Source: Laetmonice hystrix (Eukaryota). Taken from it: DNA of 64,000 nucleotides. The notes under the pieces were generated by a model, which was given only the letters and a program-made list of their open reading frames with translations, was not told the DNA's origin and did not search any database. The position numbers were made by a program, and so were the translations under genes. Each line of letters starts with the position of its first letter. The stretch's first letter is position 1. This document shows, one piece after another, positions 13,091-26,328 of this stretch. The stretch covers positions 33,046,001 through 33,110,000 of the forward strand of contig OZ249442.1 of NCBI GenBank assembly GCA_965235115.1, in the 5' to 3' direction.

Positions 13091-15234
13091 ATGCCCTGCT
13101 GCGGGAAACTTGCGAGGGGGTTCACCCCATACTGAGCAGATTTCTCGCGGACGATATTTTATACTTTTTATTCTGTCTTCATCATCGTGGGCACAGATTC
13201 TCCTCCGTTACAACGCCATCCAACTTTCCCTGCGCATGACAACTAGGTCACCATAGCAACAAAAATACGTTAAGTCAGAAGCCTTGGCTACCTGGAGTTA
13301 AGCTATCACCTAAAAACTCAAGTCGATTCCCTGCTGAGTTGGGAGATTGGCCCCCTACCGGCCATGCACCAAAACGTGCCCACTCAGCCAGGTCAACGGG
13401 GAACCCATAAATATCCATGGTAACGACCCCCGCCTTTGATACTAACATTCTCTATCTCTACCCACCAAGATTAAGGGAAACAGTAAATAATTTCAGGCAG
13501 ATATCGGGGAATTATTTCAGGTACACTTGTTGCACCTGTAATTGAGAACTAAAAGAAATAAATCATCTATATAATGAAATATCACGTTTACAGCAGATGT
13601 CCCAGGGTCCGAACAACCCCGCCGGCTTGTATGCACATCAGTAGACGGAGATCACCTTTTTAGAAACTAGAGTTCTTAATCGGTTATTAACGGAAGCACA
13701 ACTGTGGTACGATTGTTATTAGTCCACATTGGACATGCGACTTTAACCTTGAAATTTTATCTGATGCACAGTGGTAAACTCTGCCAAACATTATGGGACA
13801 TTACAGCATGGGAGGTGTAATAGGCAGTGGGACTCTATACCAGTAGGTGGCGCTACTTGCCGTTCTCTACGAGACGAGACATCACGAGGGTTGTGTGTGT
13901 GTGTGTGGAAGGGGGGGGGGGTACGCCCGGTGACAGGGGTCCCCAAACTCCCGGGGCCAGGAGGAGGCCCTCCGCCGCCCCCAGGAGCCGGGTCCATTTA
14001 GACGACAGATTCCACGCTGAGTCCCCATTTCCACTGGCGTCCTTGCTGTGCCTGCCAGGGCCCAGGGTTGTCACATTTTCCCATCTGCCCCCAGCGTGGG
14101 AGCGTACTTCTCCCATTGGCTGTCCCCTCGGCCCCCGCATGCGCAGAGCGCTCGCGTGAAGGCCCGGATGACAATCTCCGACCTCCACGTGGACAATAGA
14201 GCCTCGCCTTCACGTCCTATCGCTGCGGGGGGTCGGCGGCGATGGATCCACCGCTAGGTTCCTTCGTTTGTTCACAGAGGGCGCTCACTGTGACGGGCGT
14301 CCTGGTGGCAGTGAAATGGAAAAGCCACGGGGTGGCTGGTGGCGGCTTTGTGGTGTGAATAGGTCACCTCCCGAGCAAGGCCGCCGCGCCTTCTCCTCAA
14401 CTCGGCCTCCACAGCTCACCCTCCATGTAGCTCAGTCGTCTTGAGTATAACAGGTGAAAGGAAAGTGGCACTTATATCTTTAGCCTGATTCAACCACTAA
14501 CGTCGACACCCACGTGGCCCCATGCTTGAGATGATCAAAATGTGGGCATACATAGGCAAACACATACATGGAGCATACTAGGATTTAGGTGAGGTGTTAA
14601 CATCAATGTAATCTTCGGTCATTGCTCAATGCTAGGGATGGCCGTCATGACAATTCTATGTCCAATATGAGGCGAAATGATCCCTCCCTACTTGTAAACC
14701 CATCCCTATAGGGAGCGTAATACTATGTCACGTTACAATGCGCGATTTGACGAGAAATGTAGTTTGGCGGCCCATACTGGCGACAGCCAGGTTATAGCCT
14801 TGGTATGCCCACTGAAGAACTTCCTCTCAACTTCTACCCCTGATAACTCCACAATTATTGTTCTCTTATTAATTTGTGACGTAACGGATGCTGCATGTCG
14901 CCAGCGATGCTCATTAACATAATGTTTTGATAACTAGGTCACGAGACTTGCGCTCCTACCGTCATTCAATGATCGCTTCCTACAGTACCCCACCCTAGTC
15001 AGCCTTACTGACCACCCCCTGCCCACCCACACACACCCAGCCTCAGGTGCGCCCCTTGTCACTAGTCACAGATGATGACACCCTGCGGTCAAGCGGTCAA
15101 GGCTCCGGACAATGGCCGTCCCATCGGTCTGTCCACCACGTCGTACCGTGGGGAAGGGGGCGGGAGGGGGCTGACTGACCGGAATCATCCTTCCGCTGTC
15201 AGCCACCAGGCGGCGCTACTGATGACGTCTGATG

Positions 15235-15730
15235 ACAAACACCACACAAACCCTCTCTAAGATTCCGTGTGTCAATGTGAGGTGAACCAGCTACAAACAC
15301 CACATAAACCCAAGATTCTGTGTGTCAATGTGAGGTGAACCAGCTACAAACACCACATAAACCCAAGATTCTGTGTGTCAATGTGAGGTGAACCAGCTAC
15401 AAACACCACAAACTCACCCTTAGATTCTGTGTGTCAATGTGAGGTGAACCAGCTACAAACACCACAAACTCACCCTTAGATTATGTGTGTCAATGTGAGG
15501 TGAACCAGCTACAAACACCACGCAAACCCTCTCTAAGATTCTGTGTGTCAATGTGAGGTGAACCAGCTACAAACACCACAAACTCACCCTTAGATTCTGT
15601 GTGTCAATGTGAGGTGAACCAGCTACAAACACCACAAACTCACCCTTAGATTCTGTGTGTCAATGTGAGGTGAACCAGCTACAAACACCACACAACCCCA
15701 CCCTTAGATTCTGTGTGTCAATGTGAGGTG
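15235..15730 (+). repeat. Minisatellite, about 56-bp unit x 9, abutting the exon 5 donor
   Basis: Unit CTGTGTGTCAATGTGAGGTGAACCAGCTACAAACACCACAAACTCACCCTTAGATT, period 56 at 15541/15597. It ends within 10 nt of the splice donor. Confidence 0.95.
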
Positions 15731-15739
15731 GTCGCTTAC

Positions 15740-15879
15740 CTAGAGAAGGCGGAATGGCAGTGAGGACAGCGGTATTTCCGGTCTCCGGTGTGTAACTTGA
15801 CATGGCGGTCCCGACTCCTCTTGTGTTTGAACAACCGATGGCAATAGTCACATTTAAACGGCATCTGGTCGCTGTGAAC
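15740..15879 (-). CDS. ZNF423/ZNF521: ZNF423/ZNF521-like, coding exon 5 (C2H2 fingers); not in the ORF track
   Basis: My translation is [46 protein letters not shown]+AG, nearly identical to ZNF521/423 [42 protein letters not shown]. Acceptor cattgtAG at 15880, donor GTAAGC at 15739-15734, 140 nt, phase 0 to 2. Confidence 0.97.
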
Positions 15880-15999
15880 CTACAATGACAACATTTATTC
15901 CACTTTTGAGTATTTTTCAGTTCCCTTTCTTATCAATTTGCTGTAATTTCTCAGAGATAGAATCCTCAAACTTATACTGGACTACCATTATCAAAACCA

Positions 16000-16000
<1 letters not shown>

Positions 16001-16032
<32 letters not shown>

Positions 16033-16033
16033 C
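16001..16033 (+). repeat. (AAC)n microsatellite
   Basis: About 11 perfect AAC units. Confidence 0.95.
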
Positions 16034-19000
16034 CAAAAACATCCCTCTGACCTATCAACAAGTATTTTTTTTTTAAATCCAGTCACCCGACTCGTTGATA
16101 ATCAGAGCATCATTATAACGGACCCAGAAAAACTCACGCAATTTTTTGGTCCCTCCTAAAATATACCCTCCAATGTCGATACCCTCCCTCACGAGGATAT
16201 ATTGGCATCAGATAGGGGAACAGGATGCTAAGTTCCATGGGGAAAGTCGAGGGGTGAGGCAACAGAACCCACCTCTCCTAGGGTTTGTTTTACTACCCCT
16301 GTTTGGACCCCGTAACATTTTCCATTGTCAGCTCCACGCCCCCCCCCCCCCCAGTGGGGACGCCCTGTTGTGTGCCCCTGATCCGGGGGGTAGTTACCCC
16401 CATGGGATTACATCAGAGAGGGCACGGTGGACCATCAAAGTCCGGCCCACCTGGCTGAGACGACACCCGGCCATTGTCTACCTGTCAGATACTCGGCTAC
16501 CTTTGACATCTATCTTCATGCCAAACGCTACCCTCCCCACCTCCCCACCTGTTGTCATGATACCCTAAACTCCTCGGTTCACCCCAACGTAGATGGTACA
16601 TCACAACTCAACACCTCTGCAATACTTGGATTTTTTTGAGGTCAGGAATGAATGTGATGGACATACACCCTGAACTCTGACCTTAGCCTTATAACTTTGA
16701 TCCTTTGATCTGAGCTCACAGCGCCCTGGTCGTACATCTCTGCGGTGATGGCCTCACAAAGCCTCACTGCCCCCCAAGACACTCTACCCAATAGACAAAG
16801 CCAGAGTCTACCCAGAGGGGGAGGGGGGTAATCCTTTCTGTTGCCCCCAGGGTTGGTCAACCATATTTGGGCGTGGTCACGTCACCCAAGGCCGCCGGGA
16901 TTTCAGCAGGGGCGCTGGACGTTTGACCAGCGGCCCAAGAATTATCAGACAATAAGCTCAATTACATTCACCAGCTGGACACTTGACCATACACGTAGTG
17001 GTCATTAGCTTTGTGAACGAGTTGGACCAGCTACATACAGCCACCGGCACCAGACTTCACAGGTTTGTACAATCAGCAGATAATCTGTTTGTGTTGACCA
17101 GATCCATTGTGATCTCTGCGAAACGCGCCATGTGGAGTTAGTCTTCCTACACCTTGGGCTATAGGAGAAATATCATAGAGCTCAATAGGTTTATTGTTCC
17201 AGTCCATATAGATGTCAGCTCCTAACTTGCCGGTGACACTGGTGATGATGGTCAATTCGTGCAAGGTCACGTTTTCTTCAATCAGAGAAAAATTTGACCG
17301 TCTGTCAACCAGTACAACAAACAGAAACGAATCTGACTCTTGGAAGAGTAATTAGAATGCTAGCTCTCCAACTTGACTACCCACAGAATCTGGCTCGCAA
17401 CGGGAGACTGAGCATCCCCGAGAACAGACATAATGTTGAAAACTTCAAAACAACTTCAACTATTCATCATCATTGTGTTCAGTACATCAATGACAAATGT
17501 CTAGCCTGCAATAAAATATGGCGTGCTGCATGAAAATTTGAAAGGATTCCAAACCGTACGGCCAAGATAGACTACGTCCGGGAAAGCCCCGAGAGAGCAG
17601 GAAATCCAAGCGCCATTGAATTAACGTTCTCATTGGCCCAGGAGACCGAGAAATGGGAACGAGGCCTGCAACAACCCTTGATTAATGTGTGCGGTTTTTA
17701 ACATTTTTTTGTTCTCTCGGTATATATAGATATAGATTCACATATAACCCTCACTGCCCCCTCACCATGCTGGAAAGGCGTTCTGAACTCCGCTTTTAAA
17801 AACTGCACCAAGATGACATTTGTGCCGAGGGCCTGAGTCTCTCGGATTGTTTAGTATGTAGCAGCAAGTCGGGGGAGGTAGTCGTCCCGCCTGCCTTGGT
17901 GCTCGGCGATCGAATCCCCGGGAGATCTCGAGCCCCATTCGGTTTCATAATCTTCTCCAGCATTTTCTCAGTTTTTGCATGTGATATGAATGCTTCCCTA
18001 GCGACGTCTTCTCCCGAGAATCGACCGACGTCATTAATATGCAATCGCTGCTAATACTGTTTTTGAGGCACAATGAGCATTGGCAAGACATTACGTAGCT
18101 TTCAGGAGTTCTCCCCTGAGGACGGGCCACAGCAAGCCAGGAACATCAGAAACTCATCACGCTCGTACATCAGAAAAAATACTTCAGCTGTCAGCCACCG
18201 CCGACAATGGAAACGGGGCCAGCCGAGGCGGTCTGAGCAGAACCGACTCAAGTCCTGCACCACCACCACCGCCACCACCGCCACCACCACCACCAGTGAT
18301 ACGGGCTGGCAACTCGGCCCAAACCTCTGACCATAACCTCTGCGCCGTTTCCCGGTCATGTAGCACCCTTCGTATCATTATTTGTGTCACCCTGAGACTT
18401 TGTTTAAAAAGAAACTGTTAAATTATCCTACAATTTGATATCGGTGTTAATCAAAGTGCCGATAGGCCCGACACCCTCTAGGAAAGTTACCCAATTTAAG
18501 GACTGCGCAAATGCGATGACAACATACACTCATGTATTTTATTTCCTACTATAGTGCCGGCTTCTTGGCGAGTTTAAGTATGTGCTAACCACAACGCAAT
18601 CAACAGGATTAAATATGATAAACACTCCAAAAATGTTGTCTACGAACTCAAGCCAAGATGGCCGACGTCTTGCCGCTGAGGCTTATGGGAGTCTGTGGCC
18701 TCACTTTGGGAATAGAGCCTCAGTTTGGAGCCAGGTGTGATGCAATGACTATATGGAGACTGTATGAATGTTTTATTGTGCTTACTGGTTGTAAGCTCTG
18801 TAACGAGAGTGTCCCTAGGGGAAAAACGCTGGCATTGTGTGCTGTGCACAGTTTCGGTGGCAGCAAGGGATTATAGAGAGATTTTAACCACACCAGAATC
18901 TTGGAGATGGTCCTTTCTTACACAAGTATTGTATCATGTGCAAAGGACTTTATAATACAGTCACCTTTTTTGTCCAAGTTTTAAAGATCTTAGTAATTAT

Positions 19001-19985
19001 CCCTGGCATTAAATCTGTACCAAATGCACCCTGTCATATTGATTGTGTATTAACTGCTATTCTTTTTTTCTTTTTGCATATGAACAAAGAGGTCAAGCAT
19101 AAGACTGACCTATATGACCTTGTGACCCTGATACTGAGGGCCTACATGGTTCAACTATATGTAACTGTGTACTGTAACATAATGATACCCTCATGCTTTC
19201 AGTCAGTTTCCCCCCTTAACTCACTGTACCACAAAAACCCGGCCACCCACCCACCCAACCATCCACCAACCACCACTTTGGAGGTCCGGTTAAAGACTTT
19301 ATGAATAAACATGACCATAGCCGCACCTTCCCGAGTCGTTCTCCCACCACTCCCATCTATCCCGTTCCCACCTGTCCTGTCCACCTTGTATCCAAGGTGC
19401 CGACGGCTTCCGTCCGTGTCCCAGGGAAGGTATCCCCTGCTATGTCTTAGAGACACCTCTACTGTCGCCGGGTCAGTAAGACTATCACAATGCTCCATTC
19501 CAGCCCTTCACTGGCGCGAGACGTCACACTGGCCCCGCGGCCCGCTTACCCGTTACAACCACACGTCATATATATACCACTCTCCCCCTTTTCGTGCTAT
19601 ACGTACTTCCTACAGGACTTTCGTTCTGATAACGTCAACACGTCCGACGTGAAATGTTTTCCCCTGTGCACCCCGCTGCAATGATCTGGGCTCCCTCTGG
19701 GTTTCCACCGTCCCCGCTCATTTCCCTGACATAAAACTTTTTTTTCATTCCCTAATTTTAAAATGTTATTAGTTTCACAGCCTCGCTTCCTCCCGGAGCG
19801 CATCGGGGGTGGCCATGCTGAGCTACGGTTGAACCTGTAGCTGTCAGACCGTTGGGTCACACTGAGGTCATCAGTATTCACACCTGACTGTCAGGTGTAT
19901 GAGCCGCGGGTCATCCTGACACCCCTTCCATTCCTGTCCACCAGGTGGCTCTGAATGCAATCCCTGACCTCTGGAGAAACTGCCC

Positions 19986-20512
19986 CAAAACGACAGCTCC
20001 TGCTGGTGCCGCAAAACGACAGCTCCTGCTGGTGCCGCAAAACGACAGCTCCTGCTGGTGCTACAAAACGACAGCTCCTGCTGGTGCTACAAAAGAACAC
20101 CTCCTGCTGGTGCTACAAAACAACACCTCCTGCTGGTGCTACAAAACAACAGCTCCTGCTGGTGCTACAAAACAACAGCTCCTGCTGGTGCTACAAAACG
20201 AGAGCTCCTGCTGGTGCTACAAAACAACAGCTCCTGCTGGTGCTACAAAACGACAGCTCCTGCTGGTGCTACAAAAGAACACCTCCTGCTGGTGCTACAA
20301 AACAACACCTCCTGCTGGTGCTACAAAACAACAGCTCTTGCTGGTGCTACAAAACAACACCTCCTGCTGGTGCTACAAAACAACAGCTCCTGCTGGTGCT
20401 ACAAAACAACAGCTCCTGCTGGTGCTACAAAACAACAGCTCCTGCTGGTGCTACAAAACAACAGCTCCTGCTGGTGCTACAAAACAACAGCTCCTGCTGG
20501 TGCTACAAAACA
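19986..20512 (+). repeat. Minisatellite, 26-bp unit x about 20
   Basis: Unit ACAGCTCCTGCTGGTGCTACAAAACA, period 26 at 20411/20437. Confidence 0.97.
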
Positions 20513-22871
20513 GTCTTTGCTATATCTCCTGATACTAGGAACCAGTCATTACCATCGCCTGGTACTACATAACGGTCGCCACTATCTCATGGCCGACTTC
20601 CAAAGTTCCTCTTCCTTACTAAGTTCCTGCGATTCGTTTCAATAAATTAATTGGATACTCAACCTATTAATTATCATCTCTCAGTTCCGATTTTATTGGT
20701 CAATCGTTCCCGTTAATCCGATTCCCTTTGATGGGTTCCATCAAGAATCAGCTATGAATTGATTGAGACAGGAATGCCGCTGGTAAATCAAACAAAACAT
20801 CCCTGAACTTCACTAAAAACTCTCTTGGTGTTTACCTGCGTTTTCTCATTCCTTCTATAGAAGGTTTCAGGCACTACGTCACTTCCGATAGCGGGGCTGG
20901 TTACGTAACCACCTACAGCGCTCTGGCTGGCAGAAAGTCAACATTGGAGCCAGTGTTGCACTGTAAACAATACAGATTCTTCTCCGTATTTTGTCTGTTT
21001 ATGGACGTTTTTCGAATAACGACCAAATATGGTTGTATCCTCGCAACCTTAACGGAACAAGTGAAGAGAGTCTTTGGTAGATATGACGCGGATCTATGAC
21101 GGTAGGTATATATATGTCTCATAATGATTGTATATAACCCAGTGACTTACCCTTGACCATGATACAACAAGCTGTTAACATCATAGATTGTATCTCTAAC
21201 CTGATCGTAGATTGTATCAATACAATACAAGCTGCTGAAAAATAGGCGTAACCTCGGTCTAATTAGTGTTGACTAAACGCACGCACGCATGCATGCGCAA
21301 TGGTATAGGTAAACGTCACCATAGGAGAATCTCCGCAGTACTTTGTTTTACCCAAAATAAGTTCTCATGGCTTATTATTCCATCACTCACAGCCAGGTGA
21401 TCCCTACATGACGACTACAAACCCTACTTGTGGTAAGGCTGTCGCAGTCAGGATGGGTGTGGGGTGACAACTCCCGACAGGGTGTGGGTATACGGGAGCA
21501 GCAGGGCCGGGGGTAATCTCCCCCAGTTGCCGTTTTACACCCCCTCAACCCCTCCCCTGCTCTCCTCGCCACCACCTCCTGCCCCTGCATTGCGGTCATC
21601 ACTCGGAAAATACATCACAGAGGGCGCTGCGATCTGAGGTGGCCATACGAGGTGTCGGAAACGAGGCTCCCCGGGGGCCAGGTGGGCAGATAACAGTGGA
21701 ACTGCCCCTCCTCCGGCCCGTTCCCATGGGAACGCCTCGGACTGCGGAAATAGCAGGAAGGCCAGAAAACAGAGGCTTCGATGGGGACCGGCGGCGTCGT
21801 CTGGGGAACTCTTTGATGTATGAGGTGAGAAAACTGCCCTCCGATGTGGCCGAGGCGAGCCCCACGGGGCCGGCCCACCGTTCTCCACAGTTGTGGTTGG
21901 TTGGCAGCGATAAGCCACGACTCCGTTTGTGATCTACAATCTACGTCAGCCACAAGCCCGGCTTCAGCCGCCAAACGCCTCTCAGGGTGCAAATTTCTGA
22001 GAAGAAAGTGGCAACACAAGGGATCAATGTGTGCGCAGGCCATTTGTTTTGGGCGGCGTGGGGAGCCGAGAGTCACATCCCATTACCTCGGGCAGGGATC
22101 CTGATACCTCCAGTCCTCGCAACGCCCCCTGGGGAGGGAAGAACAAAGCGCTGGGTGCTGCGCCAGGCCGTCCCACAGTGTCTGTGTTGGCTTATCCGAA
22201 ATGTCGGCGTGAAGGGAGCGCAGCCCGGGGGCGGCCGCCGGCTTGACCGATCAAACGTCCCCGTCCCTGGCCCCCGGCCCCCGGCCCCCGGACTCAAGCC
22301 AACGACAGAATATTGATAGCAAGAGATGAGGCCGCTCTCCTGGCGCCATGCGGGCAAACCTTCTGTGTATACAGCGACACCCTCTAACACATACATCGCT
22401 CCCATCACTATATACCTGTTACATTGTACCGTACATCGACACATCTCGACTCTTTCGAGGGAGTTCTTTTTTTTTATCTTATCCTGAATAGAAACTTCTG
22501 GAATGGATCCCTAACTCAGAAACATAAGTTCTAAGAGTTAACACGGGGATGTCCTTTGAATAACGGTGTATGACTTCGACATGGGAAGACCAAAGTTAAT
22601 GCCTGCATCAAACGCCAAACTCCATATACTACTGACACATATCACTACGAGGGTTCCAAGGTTTTTTTCTCATTATAAACACGACTTACTTACTTTAAAG
22701 AACTGATGTAGCTCTGTATAATATATATTTATTTATAATAAATTCATTTCATCAATGAAGCCTATATTTTATGCTACATATACAATATAAATATAGGCTT
22801 CACTACTATCAAGGATGGATTAGGGCCTATACATGTACATGAATGGCATATAACTTGCTACTTAAACTCAC

Positions 22872-23128
22872 CTGCTCATGTTTCTTGAGAAAGCTGAGGC
22901 GACCGAAGGCTTTCTCACAGAACTGACACGAGTAGGGGTGGCCGTCACTCGCACCGATTGCGAACGGCAGTTGGTCGAGAGGTATCTGAGCGGCCGTTGG
23001 GGAGCAGGGGGAGTCGGCCAGGGACAGCGGGCTCTTCCCTTCGGCTGAGTATGGGGACGATCCCCGGGAGAGACTGCAGGGACTACCGCCACTACCTCCG
23101 ACCGCTCTCCGCCACCCGCTCTCTCCGT
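22872..23128 (-). CDS. ZNF423/ZNF521: ZNF423/ZNF521-like, coding exon 4 (Ser/Pro linker plus C2H2 finger up to HEQ)
   Basis: Acceptor cctgttacAG at 23129, donor GTGAGT at 22871-22866, 257 nt, phase 1 to 0. Ends HPYSCQFCEKAFGRLSFLKKHEQ, compared with vertebrate [23 protein letters not shown] recalled from memory. Confidence 0.94.
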
Positions 23129-24900
23129 CTGTAACAGGACAGGCAATTGTGTTATTATAATACATTTATTGTCCGCACTGAAGTGTCACTGATTTAGAAA
23201 GTCGTCAGCAGGCTATAGAGGAATGGAAATTAAATAAGATACATTTGGAATAAAGAGTACATGTAATTTTAAATGCAATATGACTTTTTACAGATACTAA
23301 GATTCAATTATGGGTGAGTTTGAAAACTTGAGCTATACTTCGAATTTTTCGATGGAAATCACGCACTGATACGCTCTAATTGACAAATCTGAGCAATCAC
23401 GGCATACTGTAACCGGAATAATTATAACTATTAACCTAATTCTTCACCTGTCCCTATGCCATGCCTCAACACTTCCCAGTGGCCCGGTTGACTGGCCCTG
23501 CCATACGAGCCACCAGAGTTGGCCATCAAGAGCAGGGAACATATGACCGAAGTTCTGACAAGTTAGATTACTGTGGGAACACCTCCCCAGTGACCGCCCA
23601 GCGCGGCCGACTCCGTCCCCGACCTCCACTCCACCGACACCTGCCCGCTACACTCGGCAAAAAGCACAATGGCTTCCACCCTGTTCTGTATTCTCGTTGA
23701 GAAACTTATCAAGTTGTTATTTTGTGTCCATTACTTGAGAAGGAGGTCTTGGTGGACCATCAAATTAGGCAAGGGGCCGGCTTGGTCCCCTGGCTGTTGG
23801 TCGGCCCCGTCTCCCAATACTCGTCCCATTTACCGACAATTACCGATGGGCCCGCCAAGCAGGCCCTGCGAATACGAAATGAAACGCTCAATTTCTTGGG
23901 GATAATCCACACTTTCTTGGGGACCTGCGATAGGGCACGGGCACCAGGGCTTCAATTCGCCCTGCGCATGTGTCAGTGAGCGTTGGACAGGCTTTGGCAG
24001 TTCCCTATACATTCACAAACACCCAATTTGGGGGGCACTGCCCCCGGCCCTCATTGGGAATGCCGGTAGTCCACTGGTCTATTAGCCCCCCACATCAGCG
24101 CGTGTCAACACAACCACACCTCCCTGCGTGCGCAAGCCACGCGTTACCCCGTTACACCCCACCAGGAGGCGCTACAAGTTTCCTGACGAGCCCTGTGACA
24201 AAACCCAGCCCACAGAATGCCGTATCTGCTGCAGCCAGTGTTGTCGGCCGGTCTCGCCCCCAGACCCCACGCCCTGGTCCCCGGGGGAGTATCGCGTTTG
24301 ACAGCCCGGGATCGACACAACCTCCCCACCCTGCTCAATACAAACACACACACACACACGGGTGGCAGGGGGTGAGGTCGGGAAAGGCAGGGGGGATCAA
24401 ACCACGGCTAACCTCCACTATGACCTTGAACCTGACCTCTGTCAAACATCGGGACTCTCAATGTGTGGCGGATATTGTCACTTCATGTGTCCTTGACACA
24501 TGTAGGGCATTACTTAATAAAATCTAGGCTACTATTAAAAACATCAGTGGGTTGTAGCCCCCTCCCCTTTTTGAACCTCATGAAATTATGCCTTTCGTAG
24601 AGAGTCTAGACTCTACTCTTCTTGAATGGCTGCCATGTTGCTTCATTCTGATCACGCTCAATCATTTCATCAAGCAAAACAAAACACATCTTGAAATATT
24701 CACAGAAATATCCTAGGCTTATGGGTTAACCCAAGGAGAAAGGGGGCCTGTAGGCCTAAGTACTCGTGGTGCCCTGAGACGTGTCAACAGATGTCAGCAC
24801 GTGTCAACACGTGTCAACCAGTGAGCGAGGCCAAAGATCTCTTGTTGGTATAAACCCACGTGTCAGCACGCATGGAACAATTTGCATTTCAATAATTAGG

Positions 24901-25186
24901 TGAGTGAGTGAGTAATTGGTGTTTAGCACTCACTCAGTCGGCGGTATTGGGTGATGACGAGATGATAGGAAGAAACCCGCGCACCGGGGCGAACCCCTAC
25001 GCTTTCCGATAGATCCCAAGGGAGCTTTAACGTGCCCCTCCACATAGACGTATGGTGACACGGCCAGTCTTTGATGAAGCAGTCGGCAGCACTGCTATGG
25101 AAAGTCCGCGGCGAGGCTGTGACTCGAACTCAGAACCTTTGGGTCAAAGATCTCGCGCTCTTACCACTGCGCCACCCCGGACCACC
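24901..25186 (-). mobile_element. Full-length tRNA-derived SINE (286 bp) with 12-bp TSD
   Basis: A box TGGCGCAGTGG (25174-25164), B box GTTCGAGTC (25129-25121) and an (ACTC)n 3' tail at 24901-24913. Flanked by TCAATAATTAGG (24889-24900) and TCAGTAATTAGG (25187-25198), one mismatch. The central GGGGCACGTTAAAG...GTAGGGGTTCGCCCCGGT resembles the MetaSINE domain as I recall it (unverified). Confidence 0.9.
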
Positions 25187-25271
25187 TCAGTAATTAGGCC
25201 TGCATGCCGGGCATCGTCTGGATTCCCGAACAGCCGGGATCGGTATCCGCAGCATGTTGGGAGACCACAGG

Positions 25272-25650
25272 CAGCCGGTATTAGTCCTATGTCAGGAGAT
25301 CTCAGGCATCCGGTATTAGTCCTATGTCAGGAGATCCCCCAGCCGGTATTAGTCCCATGTCAGGAGATCCCCCAGCCGGTATTAGTCCCATGTCAGGAGA
25401 TCCCCCAGCCGGTATCAGTCTCATGCCGGGAGATCCCCAGCCAGTATCAGTCCCATGTGCCGGTATCAGTCCAATGTCGGGCGACCCCCAGCCTGTACCA
25501 GTCTCATGTCGGAAGATCTCCTGCCGGTATCAGTCTCATATCGGGAGATCCCCAGTCGGTATCAGTCCCATGTCGGGAGATCCCCAGCCAGTATCAGTCT
25601 CATGTCGAGAGACCCCCAGCCGGTATCATGTCCCATGTCGAGAGATCCCC
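25272..25650 (+). repeat. Degenerate minisatellite, 33-bp unit x about 11
   Basis: Unit CAGCCGGTATTAGTCCCATGTCAGGAGATCCCC, period 33 at 25341/25374, decaying to the right. Confidence 0.9.
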
Positions 25651-26073
25651 TGCTACATGTTCAGTTGGTCACGGAGCTGAACGCCGTCACACTCCGCTCC
25701 ACATGAAATGATAGACAAAACTGACCACCGCCCACCCCCTCTCGCTGACCAGTGTCCACTACCCCTATACCACCATCATCTCACTGACCACGCCTTCCTC
25801 ACCTTTCTCTAAGCGCCCCCCATTCACAAATGTCCGGTCCAGTCAGTAAATTGGCGACTAATTGGTACTAATGACCACATGACATTTTCCAGTCGAGTTG
25901 AGCGCCGAGTTAGCGGTTTGTGACTACTGTCAGGTTACAACACGGACTCTCTCTCCTCTATAACTGTAAACAATACTAATTGCTCTTACTTTAAAATCAC
26001 CCGCATTATAAGCAGTAAGAAGTCGTTCTCCTAATAGTACTTCTAATGATAGTGTCTAGGTCTAATTGAAAGG

Positions 26074-26328
26074 CTAAGTTGCTTCGTTAAGACCTGCCTT
26101 TTTGTCTATATTTCTGAGTGAATACTAAGTTGCTTCGTTAAGACCTGCCTTCTTGTCTATTTTTCTGAGTGAATACTAAGTTGCTTCGTTAAGACCTGCC
26201 TTCTTGTCTATATTTCTGAGTGAATACTAAGTTGCTTCGTTAAGCCCTGCCTTTTTGTCTACATTTCTGAGTGAATACTAAGTTTCTTCGTTAAGCCCTG
26301 CCTTTTTGTCTATTTTTCTGAGTGAATA
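26074..26328 (+). repeat. Tandem repeat, 51-bp unit x 5
   Basis: Unit CTAAGTTGCTTCGTTAAGACCTGCCTTTTTGTCTATATTTCTGAGTGAATA at 26074, 26125, 26176, 26227 and 26278. Confidence 0.95.

Noticed and set aside
1-15720. Next coding exon (expected R-SDHLKIH...)
   Set aside because: A manual search of the minus strand found only partial look-alikes (SDHPRL near 12660, DHLKHG near 14530) with no finger continuation. The exon probably lies beyond the window.
16950-18400. Coding-looking broken frames (17073-17270, 17796-18359) as a transposon or viral gene
   Set aside because: I recognised no motif or terminal repeats; it cannot be supported without a translated database search.
19945-20645. Three overlapping ORFs of about 200 aa (Cys/Leu/Thr-rich)
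   Set aside because: All three frames translate the same 26-bp repeat; an artefact.
21146-21240. Strong minus-strand donor AAGG/GTAAGT as an extra coding exon between exons 4 and 5
   Set aside because: The available acceptors give in-frame stops or a 50-nt exon that shifts the frame.
25108-25186. Second tRNA gene
   Set aside because: The A and B boxes are present but the acceptor and T stems do not close. It is the head of a SINE with tail and TSD.
25052-25711. 219-aa ORF with 11-aa repeats
   Set aside because: It runs antisense through the SINE head and then through a 33-bp minisatellite, with no gene context.
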